Position numbers and translations under genes: made by a program. A DNA stretch of 64,000 bases, taken from Octopus vulgaris. Taxonomy: Eukaryota. The notes beneath the pieces are model-generated. The model did not search any database and was not told the DNA's origin. It saw nothing but the letters and a program-made list of their open reading frames with translations. The stretch lies in the NCBI GenBank assembly GCA_951406725.2, contig OX597839.1:8308001-8372000 (forward strand), read 5' to 3'. Positions 29,610-42,333 of this stretch are shown here, one piece after another (the stretch's first letter is position 1; each line of letters opens with the position of its first letter).

Positions 29610-29797
29610 TTGTGTGGCTGTGTTTGTCCCTCCAACATCGTTTGACAGCCCATGGTGGTGTGTTTACGTCCCCGTCACCAAGCGGTTCGGCAAAAGAGAC
29701 GGATAGAATAAGTACTAGGCATCCAAAGAATAAGTCCTGGGGTCGATCTGCTCGACTAAAGGTGGTGCTCCAGCATGGTCACAGTCAAGAGTAAAGT
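29359..29797 (+). mobile_element. SINE family A copy
   Basis: Matches 32802-33214. Confidence 0.9.
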
Positions 29798-29928
29798 AAT
29801 AAGTAGCTCGAGAAACTCTTACAGCGAAGGTCCAGAGGCGATTAAATTCAATAATGCTTTAAATATCTCTATATGACACGAATCCATTCATGGCTAAATT
29901 TCCAAAAAGATATATTCACGACCGATGA

Positions 29929-32343
29929 TTGTTCAAACTCACATACTTACTTTCATACATACATAAAACTGAAGACCTTCACTCAACCCCAACAATCCTT
30001 TCAGACCACAATATTATTGAAATGCATTTACACATTGGTAATGAGCCCAATGCCACAACTCTTAAACAAAAGGACATGCCAAAGCTATGCAGGTATGATT
30101 ATCACCAGGCAAATTGGGAAACTATTAACAACCAGTTACAAATCATTGACTGGGATCTCTACCTTACTGGGCCAGATAAACACAAGAAATTCTTAAACAA
30201 GATCGAAGAAATATGTGAAAAAAATGTTCCTCTAAAGAAAACCAAGTCCACAAAAAAACCTGTACCACGGGAGCGAAAGATCCTGATGCGCAAAAGGTCA
30301 AGACTAAGAAACAAAACATCTAAGCTGACATCAAAACATGAATTACAGAAAGTCCTTGACCAAATATACAGATTAGAAGACAATCTAAAACAACACTATG
30401 ATGAAGAACGTAACAATGCAGAAAAGAAAGCCATAGAAAACATCAAGAAAAATCCAAAATGTTTCTACAGTTTTGCAAAGAAATACTCGAACACCAAGTC
30501 AACAATAGGACCTCTCCAGAGACAAAATGGGGATGTAGTGAATAACCCTATTGAAATGGCAGAAATGTTGGGTCAACAGTATGAAAGTGTCTTCAGTGAG
30601 CCATCTAAAACCATGAAGATCCATGACCCAGGAAAATTCTTCAAGGATATCGACCATACTAAACCTACCCTATCCGACATTGATTTCAACCCAGAAGACA
30701 TAGCAAGAGCAATAGACAAGCTCTCCATGCACTCGGCTGCGGGGCCTGACGGTTTCAATGCCATGATACTTAAAAACTGCAAGGCACAATTGTCGAAACC
30801 CCTTTACATGATATGGAGGGAATCTATGGAGAATGGCAAAATACCAAATACATATAAAGAAGCACACATAACTCCAATACATAAAGGGGATAGCAAATCA
30901 AAACCAAAGAACTACCGACCAATCTCACTGACATCACACATTATCAAGGTCTTCGAAAGAATAGTTCGTGGAAAACTGGTTGAGTTCCTGGAATCCAACA
31001 ATCTGATGAATTGCAACCAGCATGGATTCAGGTTAGGTAGATCATGCCTTTCCCAACTACTGGCACACCATGACCAAATCCTAGAAAATCTAGAGAATGG
31101 ATACAACACAGATGTTATCTACCTCGACTTTGCCAAGGCATTTGACAAGGTAGATCATGGCATCCTGGGTCACAAACTTCGAAAGCTAGGAGTAGGAGGA
31201 AAAGTTGGTACATGGATACACGAGTTCCTTACAAATAGAACTCAAACAGTCACTGTGAATGGAACCCATTCAACACCATCACCTGTGACCAGCAGTGTTC
31301 CTCAGGGTACAGTACTCGGCCCAATCCTGTTTCTCATCCTCATCTCTGACATAGATGAAGATACAACCAGCAACGTCTCATCCTTTGCTGATGACACCAG
31401 GGTCATGAGACAAATCAAAGACGAGGTGGATACAGAGGCCTTACAAAAGGACCTGACCACCATATATAAATGGCAGGAAACAAACAACATGTTGTTCAAT
31501 GATAAGAAGTTTGAACTAATTCGCTACGGAACAGATCAAGATCTGAAAAATACAACAAACTACAGAAACCCATCAGGACAACAAATAATGGAAAAACAGT
31601 ATGTGAAAGATTTAGGCATCCACATGGGAACCAACCTAAAATTCAGAGAACACCTTGACTCAGTCTGTCTTACTGCAAGAAAGTACAGCGGGTGGATCTT
31701 GCGCACCTTCAAATCAAGAGATACCTCAACAATGAAAACCCTCTGGAACAGTATGATACTTCCGAGGATTGACTACTGTTCTCAGTTGTGGTCACCAACA
31801 ACAAAGGGCCAACTATCTAAGATAGAATCGCTCCAAAGAAATTTTACCTCATACTTCTCAGAAACGAGGGACCTGGACTATTGGCAAAGACTCAAAACCT
31901 TGAGGATGTACTCAATAGAAAGAAGATTTGAGCGATACCGAATTATATACATTTGGAAAATGATAGAGCAGAAGGTGCCAAACTTTGGTATCAAAACCTA
32001 CCACTCACTGCGCCACGGAAGACGCTGCCAGCTGCCACCAATCAACAAAAAGGCTGGCCAGGCAGCAAAAACCCTGCGAGAATCAAGTCTGTTGGTTCGA
32101 GGAGCACAACTGTTCAACTCCATTCCGGTACATGTCAGAAATCTATCAGGATGCAGTGTGGAATCATTCAAATTGCAACTGGATAGATACTTAAGCACCA
32201 TTAGAGATGAACCCCATCTCCCAGGATATACACAACGAGCACAAACTGACTCAAACTCGCTCCTACACATGTCAAATTTAAGCAGAGAATACAACCTGGC
32301 AACCACACCAGACTCTGAGGGTGGAGTCTTCGACTTGGCCTGA
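29929..32343 (+). CDS. Open LINE ORF2 fragment (endonuclease C-terminus + complete RT); lacks a genuine start
   Basis: 804 aa open frame with NYRPISLTS, QHGFR, YLDFAKAFDKVDH, VPQGTVLGP, FADD, DYCSQLWSP. Confidence 0.85.
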   Translation: MFKLTYLLSYIHKTEDLHSTPTILSDHNIIEMHLHIGNEPNATTLKQKDMPKLCRYDYHQANWETINNQLQIIDWDLYLTGPDKHKKFLNKIEEICEKNVPLKKTKSTKKPVPRERKILMRKRSRLRNKTSKLTSKHELQKVLDQIYRLEDNLKQHYDEERNNAEKKAIENIKKNPKCFYSFAKKYSNTKSTIGPLQRQNGDVVNNPIEMAEMLGQQYESVFSEPSKTMKIHDPGKFFKDIDHTKPTLSDIDFNPEDIARAIDKLSMHSAAGPDGFNAMILKNCKAQLSKPLYMIWRESMENGKIPNTYKEAHITPIHKGDSKSKPKNYRPISLTSHIIKVFERIVRGKLVEFLESNNLMNCNQHGFRLGRSCLSQLLAHHDQILENLENGYNTDVIYLDFAKAFDKVDHGILGHKLRKLGVGGKVGTWIHEFLTNRTQTVTVNGTHSTPSPVTSSVPQGTVLGPILFLILISDIDEDTTSNVSSFADDTRVMRQIKDEVDTEALQKDLTTIYKWQETNNMLFNDKKFELIRYGTDQDLKNTTNYRNPSGQQIMEKQYVKDLGIHMGTNLKFREHLDSVCLTARKYSGWILRTFKSRDTSTMKTLWNSMILPRIDYCSQLWSPTTKGQLSKIESLQRNFTSYFSETRDLDYWQRLKTLRMYSIERRFERYRIIYIWKMIEQKVPNFGIKTYHSLRHGRRCQLPPINKKAGQAAKTLRESSLLVRGAQLFNSIPVHVRNLSGCSVESFKLQLDRYLSTIRDEPHLPGYTQRAQTDSNSLLHMSNLSREYNLATTPDSEGGVFDLA

Positions 32344-32383
32344 GCATGGACTCAAACCCAAATGAAATGAAATGAAATGAAAT
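29960..32383 (+). mobile_element. Second CR1-group LINE family, 5'-truncated in the endonuclease, with (AAATG)n tail
   Basis: Homology to LINE 1 begins near PTILSDHNIIE; the frame stays open to the stop at 32343; hairpin TGAG-CATGGA-CTCA then (AAATG)4. Confidence 0.92.
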
Positions 32384-32554
32384 ACAAGTGGTACTCGGGG
32401 AGAGCGAAACAGCAGGTGGTCCTCAGACGAGAAACCCCCTTGGGGCAAGTGTTTCAGCCCTTAACTCATGACACTCTAGTGGGGGTCGGGCCACATCCGA
32501 GTCATGGCTCCCTGATGTCCACCTGCTGTCCATTTTAGTACGCTTTCGGTGGGA

Positions 32555-32600
32555 TTACCCGATTTCAGAGTTAATTCATAAGAACCTTCTCTTCATCAGA
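32555..32600 (-). ncRNA. Hammerhead-like motif with intact core boxes but weak helix I
   Basis: CTGATGA-AGAG..CTCT-GAAA-TCGGG-TA. Confidence 0.5.
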
Positions 32601-32801
32601 AATTTTTTCTTTTGCCCTTGTTTATAAGTTGTTTATAAATTTAACCTTTAAATGTATTTTTTAATATGCTGGCCATTGATAGAATTTTTTTCGAAAAATT
32701 TTATCCTATATTAGATGTAAATTTTATAAATATATATATATATATATATATGCGTATAATAAGGGATGAACACTAAGTGGACATCCAATATGCTAGAAGA
32801 T

Positions 32802-33212
32802 AGGCGCAGGAGTGGCTGTGTGGTAAGCAGCTTGCTTACCAACCACATGGTTCTGGGTTCAGTCTCACTGCGTGGCATCTTGGGCAAGTGTCTTCTGCTA
32901 TAGCCTCGGGCCGACCAATGCCTTGTGAGTGGATTTGGTAGACGGAAACTGAAAGAAGCCTGTCGTATATATGTATATATATATATATATATGTATATGT
33001 GTGTATATGTTTGTGTGTCTGTGTTTGTCCCCCCCACCATCGCTTGACAACCGATGCTGGTGTGTTTACGTCCCCGTCACTTAGCGGTTCGGCAAAAAGA
33101 GACCGATAGAATAAGTACTGGGCTTACAAAGAATAAGTCCCAGGGTCGGGTTGCTCGATTAAAGGCGGTGCTCCAGCATGCCCGCAGTCAAATGACTGAA
33201 ACAAGTAAAAGA

Positions 33213-33214
<2 letters not shown>
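32802..33214 (+). mobile_element. SINE family A, full-length copy (tRNA-like head, internal (TA)n(TG)n, LINE-like tail)
   Basis: A-box TGGCTGTGTGG, B-box-like GGTTCAGTC, CTTGGGCAAGTG segment, tail GGCGGTGCTCCAGCATG..CAGTCAAATGACTGAAAC; more than 15 copies or fragments in the window. Confidence 0.9.
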
Positions 33215-33243
<29 letters not shown>

Positions 33244-33247
<4 letters not shown>

Positions 33248-33532
33248 TATAATAAGGGATGACCAGTAAGTGGACATCCAATATGCTAGAAAATCACCTA
33301 CGATCTAACCACAAATAGTCCACGGACGACGTTACGTAAGTAAAATCATTAATGACGAAATCGCTCTAAGATTAATTCTTTATTTTGTATATTTTCATCT
33401 GTTGTACCCGCTTATGTTCTGGTGTTGGCTGAATTTCTCTAGAGAACATTCTTTTCTTTGTGGTTAGATCGTATGTGATCTTCTTCTAACATATTGGATG
33501 TCCATTTAGTGGCCATCCCTTATTATACGCAT
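33244..33532. repeat. About 70-bp inverted repeat (fold-back, Penelope-like fragment)
   Basis: 33244-33313 versus 33457-33532. Confidence 0.8.
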
Positions 33533-33916
33533 GTAATACAATTTTTCTGAATTTTCAGATTTTTCTATATGCTAGGTTACTGGTTTTAAATTGATGTTAA
33601 TTAAATTAATATTCAATTTATCACCCTCATTATTTAAATATATATATTTTTGATACCAGCAAGAAAGAATAATGAACTTCTTTACTACACGCAACTATAA
33701 TATAGCGATTATACCAACTACCGACAAAACACCACCACATGGATTCTATTGAGACCAGTAAGAAACAACTATGAACTTTTCTATTACACTTTTTATAATA
33801 TTTTTGATAGGGTTCGTTTTTTCAAGAACCGAAACATGTAAAATTCATAAGAAAATGAAAATTTATCTAATATAGTGGCGTTTTCAAACTTCTTTTTTAC
33901 AAATATATATATAAAT

Positions 33917-33980
<64 letters not shown>

Positions 33981-33984
<4 letters not shown>

Positions 33985-34682
33985 GATTGGATATTAACTC
34001 CCTGTTTTAAAATGCTTATAATTTATTTATTAACTATAATTTTTTTCTCAAATTTGTTGTGTATGTTCTTTAATGTATGGGAATTGATTCCATGTTGTTT
34101 TTTGGGGTTTTTTTCAGATTGATTATTTTGTTTGAAATTTAGAAGCCCTACAAACATGGCTGTATGTTTTACTGTGCCCAGCTAGCTGCACATTACGAAG
34201 TTTGGAGATCAGTTGTTCAAGTGCAAAGATGGTGGAGGACCATTAGAGGAAGACATGCTCAAGTTGATACAAAGATAATCAAGAATTGCCATGCAAAATT
34301 CATAACTACAGGATTTGTAGCTGGTACTTGAAGTGGTCGTCCTTCCAATTCATCAAGGTCCGCATGACTGGCTGGCCAGAAGCCCTGATTTAACACCCTG
34401 CAACTATTTTCTTTGGGGTTGGTTAAAGGAAGAGGTCTTCTCTACCAAACCAATGACTTTGGAAGAAGTTATGTCTTTCATTCCACAAGACTTCCTGATG
34501 AAATCAGTTGATGTGGTTCCCAGGTGGTTTGAGAAGCTGGTGGTGAATGCTGATGCCTATATTAAATCTTAAATAAAATTTCATGCTATACACTTTCTTT
34601 ACATATTCGTTTTTTTCTAAAAATTATAGTTAATAAATAAATTATAAGTATTTTAAAATGGGGAGTTACTTTTCAATCACCC
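33981..34682 (+). mobile_element. Internally deleted Tc1/mariner-superfamily transposon with about 65-bp TIRs
   Basis: GGGTGATTG..ATTAACTATAATTTTT inverted at both ends, TA at the right end; HTH-like KFITTG..SGRP fused to WLARSPDLTPCNYFLWGWLK. Confidence 0.88.
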
Positions 34683-34923
34683 TACCACTCGGTGAAGAAA
34701 ATATTTTCCCCAGAAGACAAAAGATGGATATGTTTAGAAATGATTATCTCCCCTTGAGTAGCAGTACCCAGTCTCTACCAGAGTATATTCAGCTTCCTTT
34801 AGGTCCACACGTGCAGACAGACAAACTGATTGACTGACAGACAGACAAATTGGCAATTTATTACTTCAAAGTGGTACCTCGGTATGGCCACTGTTGAATG
34901 ACTGAAAAATGACCCAAGAAATC

Positions 34924-34954
<31 letters not shown>

Positions 34955-35530
34955 GTCAGTGCATCTTTATTTCCATATTTATACATGCAGTTATTTCATT
35001 GGTCACGCGTAAATTTAAACTCCTGTTATCACGTGACATTCTTAGCGCACTTCCCGAAAGGAGATTCTCTCCATAAATTTGAAACAATTTTCTTCCGTTA
35101 GATAAGTCATTCGCCGCGACACTCAATGTTCTCGAGTAACTGATAAGAACTTCACGAATATAAATAAATTACATATACTCTACATTATGTATTGAGTTAT
35201 ATTTCTCTTGTTCGTAGGAACTATCTTAGTCGCACACACAGACACATATGTATGTATGCATGTATGCATATGTGTGTGTGTATATTTGTATGTATGTGTG
35301 AGTGTATGTATGTGTGAGTGTATGTCTGTATCTGTGTATGCATGTATAATCGCTTGTTTCGTAAGTTTTGTTTGTTCAATTTTCTAATTAATTTTCTCGA
35401 CAGAAGAAAAGAAATAAAGAAGAGGGCGGTTTAAAGTAAATAGACAGAAGAGGAACTATGGAGAGGAAATAATCAATATATTAGGTACACAGAAACACGT
35501 ACACACACGCGTATATTAGAACACAACACA

Positions 35531-35569
<39 letters not shown>

Positions 35570-36066
35570 GCGTGTATGTGTGTGTGAACGTACGTATGTA
35601 TGGGAAACATATGAAGAACAGGGCGGAGAGAATGGTAAAGACAAGATAAGACAAAGCAAGATGTAAACAAGGAATGCAAGAAGAAGACACGAAGAAAACA
35701 TTTAAAAAAACCAACAAAACAGAAATCGGTTGGGTGGTGGTGGGGGGAGGAGCAGTCAAAAGATAAATTCAATAAATAAAGGTTAATTTATGCTGCTTTT
35801 ATTCTTCGAAATCAGGATTCGATGTGAGAATTGGTAAAAGAAAACAAAAAAAAAGACGGAAAAAAAGAACAGTGAAAAACCATGTTTGAAAATTATTTGT
35901 AGGATGGCAACGTGATCTTAAGGTGACACAGATATTGGCAGGGATGTTTGAAAAGAGCGTGTTTCAGACACATACAGGCAGAGGTTCCGGGTTCAGTCCC
36001 ACCGCGTGGTACCTTGGATAAGTGTCTTCTGCTATAGCCTCGGGCCGACGAAAGCCTTGTAAGTGA

Positions 36067-36107
<41 letters not shown>

Positions 36108-36108
36108 A

Positions 36109-36139
<31 letters not shown>

Positions 36140-36144
<5 letters not shown>

Positions 36145-36355
36145 AATCCAAACGGGAAACAAAAAAACAACAACAAGGGAACAATTACAGTATTATTATT
36201 AATAGGCGCTCAGGAAATGGAAGCAGGGAGGTATGACGTTTCGAGCGGAGCTCTTCGTCGGAAACATAAAGAAGGAAGAGAGAGGAAAGAAAGATCCCGG
36301 AGCGGGCAACGGAGATAGAGAAAAAAACGGCTGGTGTTAGCAGTAGCACATGGTG

Positions 36356-36356
<1 letters not shown>
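36140..36356 (-). mobile_element. Family E copy
   Basis: CCGACGAA-GAGCTCCGCTC-GAAACGTCA; (TA)n on both sides. Confidence 0.65.
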
Positions 36357-36421
<65 letters not shown>

Positions 36422-36433
36422 CTGTGTGTGTGT

Positions 36434-36735
36434 GGAGGCGCAATGTCCCAGTGGTTAGGGCAGCGGATTCGCGGTCGTAGGATCGCGGTGTCGATTCCCA
36501 GACCAGGCATTGTGAGTGTTTATTGAACGAAAACACCTAAAGCTCCACGAGGCTCCGACAGGGGGTGGTGGCGATCTCTGCTGTACTCTTTCGCCGCAAC
36601 TTTCTCTCACTCTTTCTTCTGTTGGCCTGCTCGCTTGGCCACGGGATGGCGTCATTTGAAGGCTAAAACAATGCGAAGCGCATTGTGACCAGCGATGTGT
36701 AGCAACATCTGATTGCCTGGTCGGTCACGTGATAT
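36434..36735 (+). mobile_element. tRNA-Arg-like SINE family C, tail type 2
   Basis: Same head as 16530, different 3' half ending GGTCACGTGATA; second copy at 52487-52770. Confidence 0.8.
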
Positions 36736-36790
36736 ATATATATATGCACAAGATAACAAAGGAATAAATGATTATCTTATGGTCTTCATT

Positions 36791-36868
36791 GGCTTACAGC
36801 TGTTTCTGCGGTAGGATGTAATGGATTCATAGTTGACTGCCTGAGTAACACAAAGCTTCATCGAAGCC
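36791..36868 (-). ncRNA. Degenerate hammerhead-like motif
   Basis: GGCT-TCGATGA-..-GAAA-CAGCTG-TA-AGCC. Confidence 0.5.
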
Positions 36869-37057
36869 TCGAATCTGTGTGTGTGTGTGTGTGTGTGTGT
36901 TTGTTCCTCAACCATCGCTTGATAACCGATGTTGGTGTATTTACGTTCCCGTAACTTACCGGTTGTGTAAAAGGGACCGATAAGATATGTATTAGGCCTT
37001 AAAAAAATAAGTCCTGGGGGTGGATTTGTTGGACTAATAACTGTTGCAAGTTAAAAG

Positions 37058-37117
<60 letters not shown>

Positions 37118-37474
37118 AGGTTTGTGCGTCTATGTTTGTCCGACAGACAGATAGATAGATCAGCAGATAGATAGACAGACAGACAGATAGACGAATGGAT
37201 GGATAGGCGGATGTACAGACATACATATATACATACAAGTTTTGATTTTATAGGTAGGCAATAAGATTGGCATAAATCGTGATTAAAATGTTAGAACAGA
37301 CTTTTAATGATATTTTGACAGTTTCTATAGACAACCGTATATACACTTCCCATCCAGTTCATATACCCTCCTCTAATATATGCATAAACAGTAACCATAC
37401 ACAGACACACATAACCATGGAATAACACTTGTACACGCACGTGTATGTTTATATAATATACATACACGTGCCTG

Positions 37475-37509
<35 letters not shown>

Positions 37510-37595
37510 ACACTATGAATCTGACAAGCTAAGTAACTACAAAGATCAATGCAAATGTGTGTTTATTTATATGGTTTTCGAAAAATATAAATATA

Positions 37596-37646
<51 letters not shown>

Positions 37647-38553
37647 CAGTTTGTATTCATATATGCATATACATACATATATTCCTTATAGTAGATATTG
37701 ACATACGTGTGCACGCGCAGTTAATTGTGAGTGCGCGTGCAGGTGTGTGTGTCTGTCTGTGTGTGTGCAGGTATATGTGTGTGTATATGCAATTATCGAT
37801 TTACATTCATGATCAAATACAGACATAGATAAAAACGTATGCAGAAGACACACATGGCCACTCTTACTCACCTACATACAAACACTTGCGTACACATACA
37901 CTAAAATCTGTGTAGAGCGCTGTTCTTCATTTCTACTTTCACTTTCGTTAACACACAACAACCTACGCAGATTGACATTTGTGTCAAGGACCTTATGAAG
38001 AATTATGTAAAAGTTATATATTAATTAAGTTAAGTAAATGGAAAATATGTGTGCTTCCATATTCATTTTACCATTTCTATTTAAGCTTTTAATTCTGGAA
38101 TCAATTCACGTCTTTTATGTCAGATTCAACGTATTCACCAATCACCCAATCAACCAGCATCGACGTCGACGCAATTCTCCATTATGTTTTTTATGTACGT
38201 GTTTCTTTCTCAGGTAGTATATGTACGTGTCAGTGCTGTTTTAGTGTTTGTGTGTGTGTGTGTGTGTGAATATGTCTGTCTGACTGTATGTATGTATTTA
38301 CGATTATACACATTTATCTGCTTGTGTGTGTACGAGTTTGTTCGAGTGAGTGAGTGAGTGTGTTTCTTTGTATGTGTCCGGATCATTATTTTAATGCTTA
38401 TATATGCACTTAAGTTTTTATTCAGTCATGTACATACTCCTTTCGTAGTATATTTTCATCTACCTATGTGTGTGTCTATACACATATAAATATACACACA
38501 CTCACGCATGTTCATTTATACATATATGCTTCATGTGAGCATTTTTATCTATT

Positions 38554-38609
<56 letters not shown>

Positions 38610-38659
38610 CGTAGACACACAGCCATCCTTCTATCTGTTTGTTACTATCTCCATCTCTC

Positions 38660-38700
<41 letters not shown>

Positions 38701-39344
38701 ATCCAGTTGTTGAGAACTATCTTCTTTTAGAACACCCTCTTTACTCTTTTACTTGCTTCAGTCATTTGACTGCGGCCATGCTGGAGGACCGCCTATAGTC
38801 GAGCAAATCGACCCCAGGACTTATTCCTAAATTATTGTAAATGTATGGTGTAATTCGTTGTACTTGAATACCGAGCTGCCAATATAGATGCAGTTAAGTT
38901 ACTGAAGGGAAAACAGGCCCCACACACAAACACACACACACAAGTCGAAAGACGCCTGTTTGTGATGTCCTGCTATTGTTACTATTATTATTATTATTAT
39001 TATTATTGTTTTTACGTATTATTATTATTGTGTTTTCGTATCATTTTTGTATTCATATTCGTGTAACATCGTCCGTTTTTCCGTCCTTGTTTCGTATACA
39101 TTCGAAGGTTTTTTCCAAGGAATCTAATGCGCTTAGCTTAGTTTTTCCATGGGGCTGGCCAGATTGGAGCAATCTCAAGATTAATCAGCCGAAATTACGA
39201 GGATGATCCGGTTCTTGACTGAAGATTGAAGGCTTCGAATGTCCCGTCCGTGTTTTTTGTATCGTCTTCTAAATGTTTTGCGTTCTTGTCCCAGTTTGTA
39301 TTAATATATACTCGAACACGCACACACACACACACACATATATA

Positions 39345-40020
39345 CAAACCCCATCATGCCAATCACTTCAATGGTACAGTCGCACTTGAACTTTTATATG
39401 CAGGTGAGACAGAGACTCCTACGAAGGATGAAGGGCGACTGGCTATGGCACATACATTTATAAAAAGATCCGTGCTAGAAATATTACTGCGGGAACATCT
39501 CTGAAGCATGAATTGGATTGAACAATGTGACACGGAATACCGAAAACAAGATTTTCGTTAGGCTTGGAAAGTTGCACGATTCACAGACAACATATGGGCC
39601 CACTATGTGACTGAAAGGGACCACCTATGTGACTGAAAGGGACCACTTAAAAAATCTCCAAGAAATAAGGAGGATGAAAAATTGAAATAATCATCTATGT
39701 GGGTCATCTATGTGACTGACAGGTCATCTATGTGACTGAGGGTCATCTATGTGACTGAAAGGGACCACTTAAAAAATCTCCAAGAAATAAGGAGGATGAA
39801 AAATTGAAATAATCATCTATGTGGGTCATCTATGTGACTGACAGGTCATCTATGTGACTGAGGGTCATCTATGTGACTGAAAGGGACCACTTAAAAAATC
39901 TCCAAGAAATAAGGAGGATGAAAAATTGAAATAATTTGGGCTAGAACGGAAGAGAAGAGCTCAGTCAAGAGAAGAAGCGCAGCACATTTTGACCAGAGAT
40001 GTATAGGTAGACTTATCCAG
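39345..40020 (+). mobile_element. Old RTE-clade LINE 3' fragment containing an internal tandem amplification
   Basis: LLYAGET..TK..RL..KRSVL.I.LREH and R*AWKVARFTDNIWAHYVTE..AQSREE resemble the RTE C-terminal LLYG.ETW and RWAGHVAR..DNRW motifs. Confidence 0.65.
39602..39935 (+). repeat. 122-bp tandem repeat (about 2.6 units) with nested (GG)TCATCTATGTGACTGA sub-repeats
   Basis: CCAAGAAATAAGGAGGATG recurs at exact 122-bp spacing (about 39658, 39780, 39902). Confidence 0.92.
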
Positions 40021-40144
40021 TTGTTTAGTCAATAAAGAGCACACGAACACATACAGACATGTTTACATGCGTATATGAGTCTTTGATATATAATAATGGT
40101 GTATACTTGCGTACAATTGTACTCCTCTCACACTTTTCCACTCC

Positions 40145-40193
<49 letters not shown>

Positions 40194-40583
40194 AAATATT
40201 CATATATTTCCTCTCACCTCTGCCACTAGCTGGCGTATACAGGTGCTTACACTTATCAAGTATTCACCCTATATATATGTATGTGTGTGTGTTTTTGTGT
40301 GTGTGTGTGTGTGTGTGAGCTGATACGTTTCTAAACCTATTCATAGATTTATATATCTTCTAATCGATAACTGACTGAATGAATGATTCAATCAATCAAT
40401 CATCCAATCACACAAACAACCAATTAGTCAATCTTTCTACCTAAATATCGATCAATTTATACATTATCATGTAGATATCGATCTGTTTATATACTTTTTC
40501 ATATATATATATATAAACATGTGAGTGCGTACGGCATTCAAAAGACTATATTTATACAAAGTAAATGCATAAAACATAACGTG

Positions 40584-40628
<45 letters not shown>

Positions 40629-40955
40629 ATATATATATACATAACCAAATGAATATTTACGGGTCTGTATTTATATTTCAGGCTTGTTTCTTTGTATTTT
40701 TGTTTTCAGCATTCTTCAGTTGTATATTTGCTATTTTTACTATATTTTTATCAGGAGGAATTTTGCTCTCCCCTTTACACTCTCGCCCCTTCATCTCTAT
40801 CCAGGTTTCTCTCCCTCTTCACACATATTAAAAATCTCCATATGAATATCTCTGCTTAAACAAGTTTTTTTTCTCTCTTTATTTCCAAACAATATACATC
40901 TAATGCATATTTATCAATAGGACGTATAATCCCCATGCATATATACATATACACA

Positions 40956-41008
<53 letters not shown>

Positions 41009-41637
41009 GTATGTATGTATGTATTTGTGATGTTTATATGATGAGGAATTTCAAAGTAAACTTTTGAATTAAAAAGCGAAATTTAATTAAATTTAATCAA
41101 ATTTATTTTAATTTGAATAAATTTCATTTAATTATACGTGTGAGATATTGTCTTGCAGCTGAAGTAATTTCGTTGTCCGGGTGAATCTATGTTTGGCGGT
41201 TGGGGTGTAAATACACATTTTTAAAAGACACTTCTTTATTCTTTGGTCGAAGTTGACTTCAATTTTGTGAACTCAACCTTTATCAAAGACTGTGCCGTAG
41301 ATATTCCAATAAATATCGGACAATAACTGAGGTCCACGTCATACACCTAATTAATTGATAGATTCTGATATTTTTTTGTAAAAGGGGTCGTTTTTTATTG
41401 CTGGTTTTTGTTCTGCTTTTATTTATATTTTTTTTGTTTTCTTTTTTCAGGAATAATTTGACATCAAGTGTGAAATGTGATTTTCTGTATATAATTCTTC
41501 ATTCTTTTCATTCATTCTTTATATTTCATTCTTTCATAAATATAAACACACGCATACATATATTGGTGTAGTGTTTAGAATATCTATATTGTTTAAACGG
41601 AGTTCGAATCTCGCAGTTGATATTAGAAATTTTAGCT

Positions 41638-41784
41638 GCTGGAGTGGCTCAGTTAAGCAGTTTACTTCCCATACGCATGCGTGGTGCCTTGAGCATGTGT
41701 CTTCTGCTATAGCTCCGGGTCGACCAATGAGCTGTGAGAAGATTCGGTAGATGGAAACTGAAAAACCCATACTGTACAAGCCTG

Positions 41785-41820
<36 letters not shown>

Positions 41821-41998
41821 ATATATATAGGAGTGGCTGTGTGGTAAGTAGTTTGCTTACCAACCACATGGCTCTGGGTTCAGTCCCACTGCATGGCACC
41901 TTGGGCAAGTGTCTTCTACTATAGCCTCGGGCCGGCGAAAGCCTTGTGAGTGGATTTGGTAGACAGAAACTGAAAAAAGCCTGTCGTATATATGTATG

Positions 41999-42094
<96 letters not shown>

Positions 42095-42125
42095 TGTTTG
42101 TCCCCCAACATCGCTTGATAACCGA
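41638..42125 (+). mobile_element. Two partial SINE family A copies (one old, one young)
   Basis: Heads at about 41638 and 41829. Other partial or degenerate copies: about 600-950(-), 1000-1270(+), 5380-5590(-), 6185-6423(+), 16070-16390(+), 20480-20755, 21800-22015(-), 35980-36065(+), 36880-37060(+), 38735-38828(-). Confidence 0.8.
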
Positions 42126-42261
42126 TTTCGACCTTTCTTGCTCTCATCGGTGATGGACGCTCAACCGCTAGAGATAGCAGCAACTCGCTAGCGATATATA
42201 GAAAATCAGAGCCTGAACAGAAACTGGTTCCGCGATTGGCCAGTGACCTTGTTTATTTATC

Positions 42262-42333
<72 letters not shown>

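Noticed and set aside
32430-32510. SECIS element on the minus strand (ATGA..GA)
   Set aside because: ATGAC pairs Watson-Crick with GTCAT, so no GA quartet forms, and there is no apical AA at the right spacing
39120-39250. Additional hammerhead-like remnants (GGCTG..CAGCC-GAAA; CTGAAGA..GAAT), also at about 33318-33368
   Set aside because: Core too degenerate to call individually; probably decayed Penelope pLTR pieces
39602-39935. CRISPR-like repeat/spacer appearance
   Set aside because: The spacers are themselves repeated, there are no cas genes, and the context is a eukaryotic retroelement
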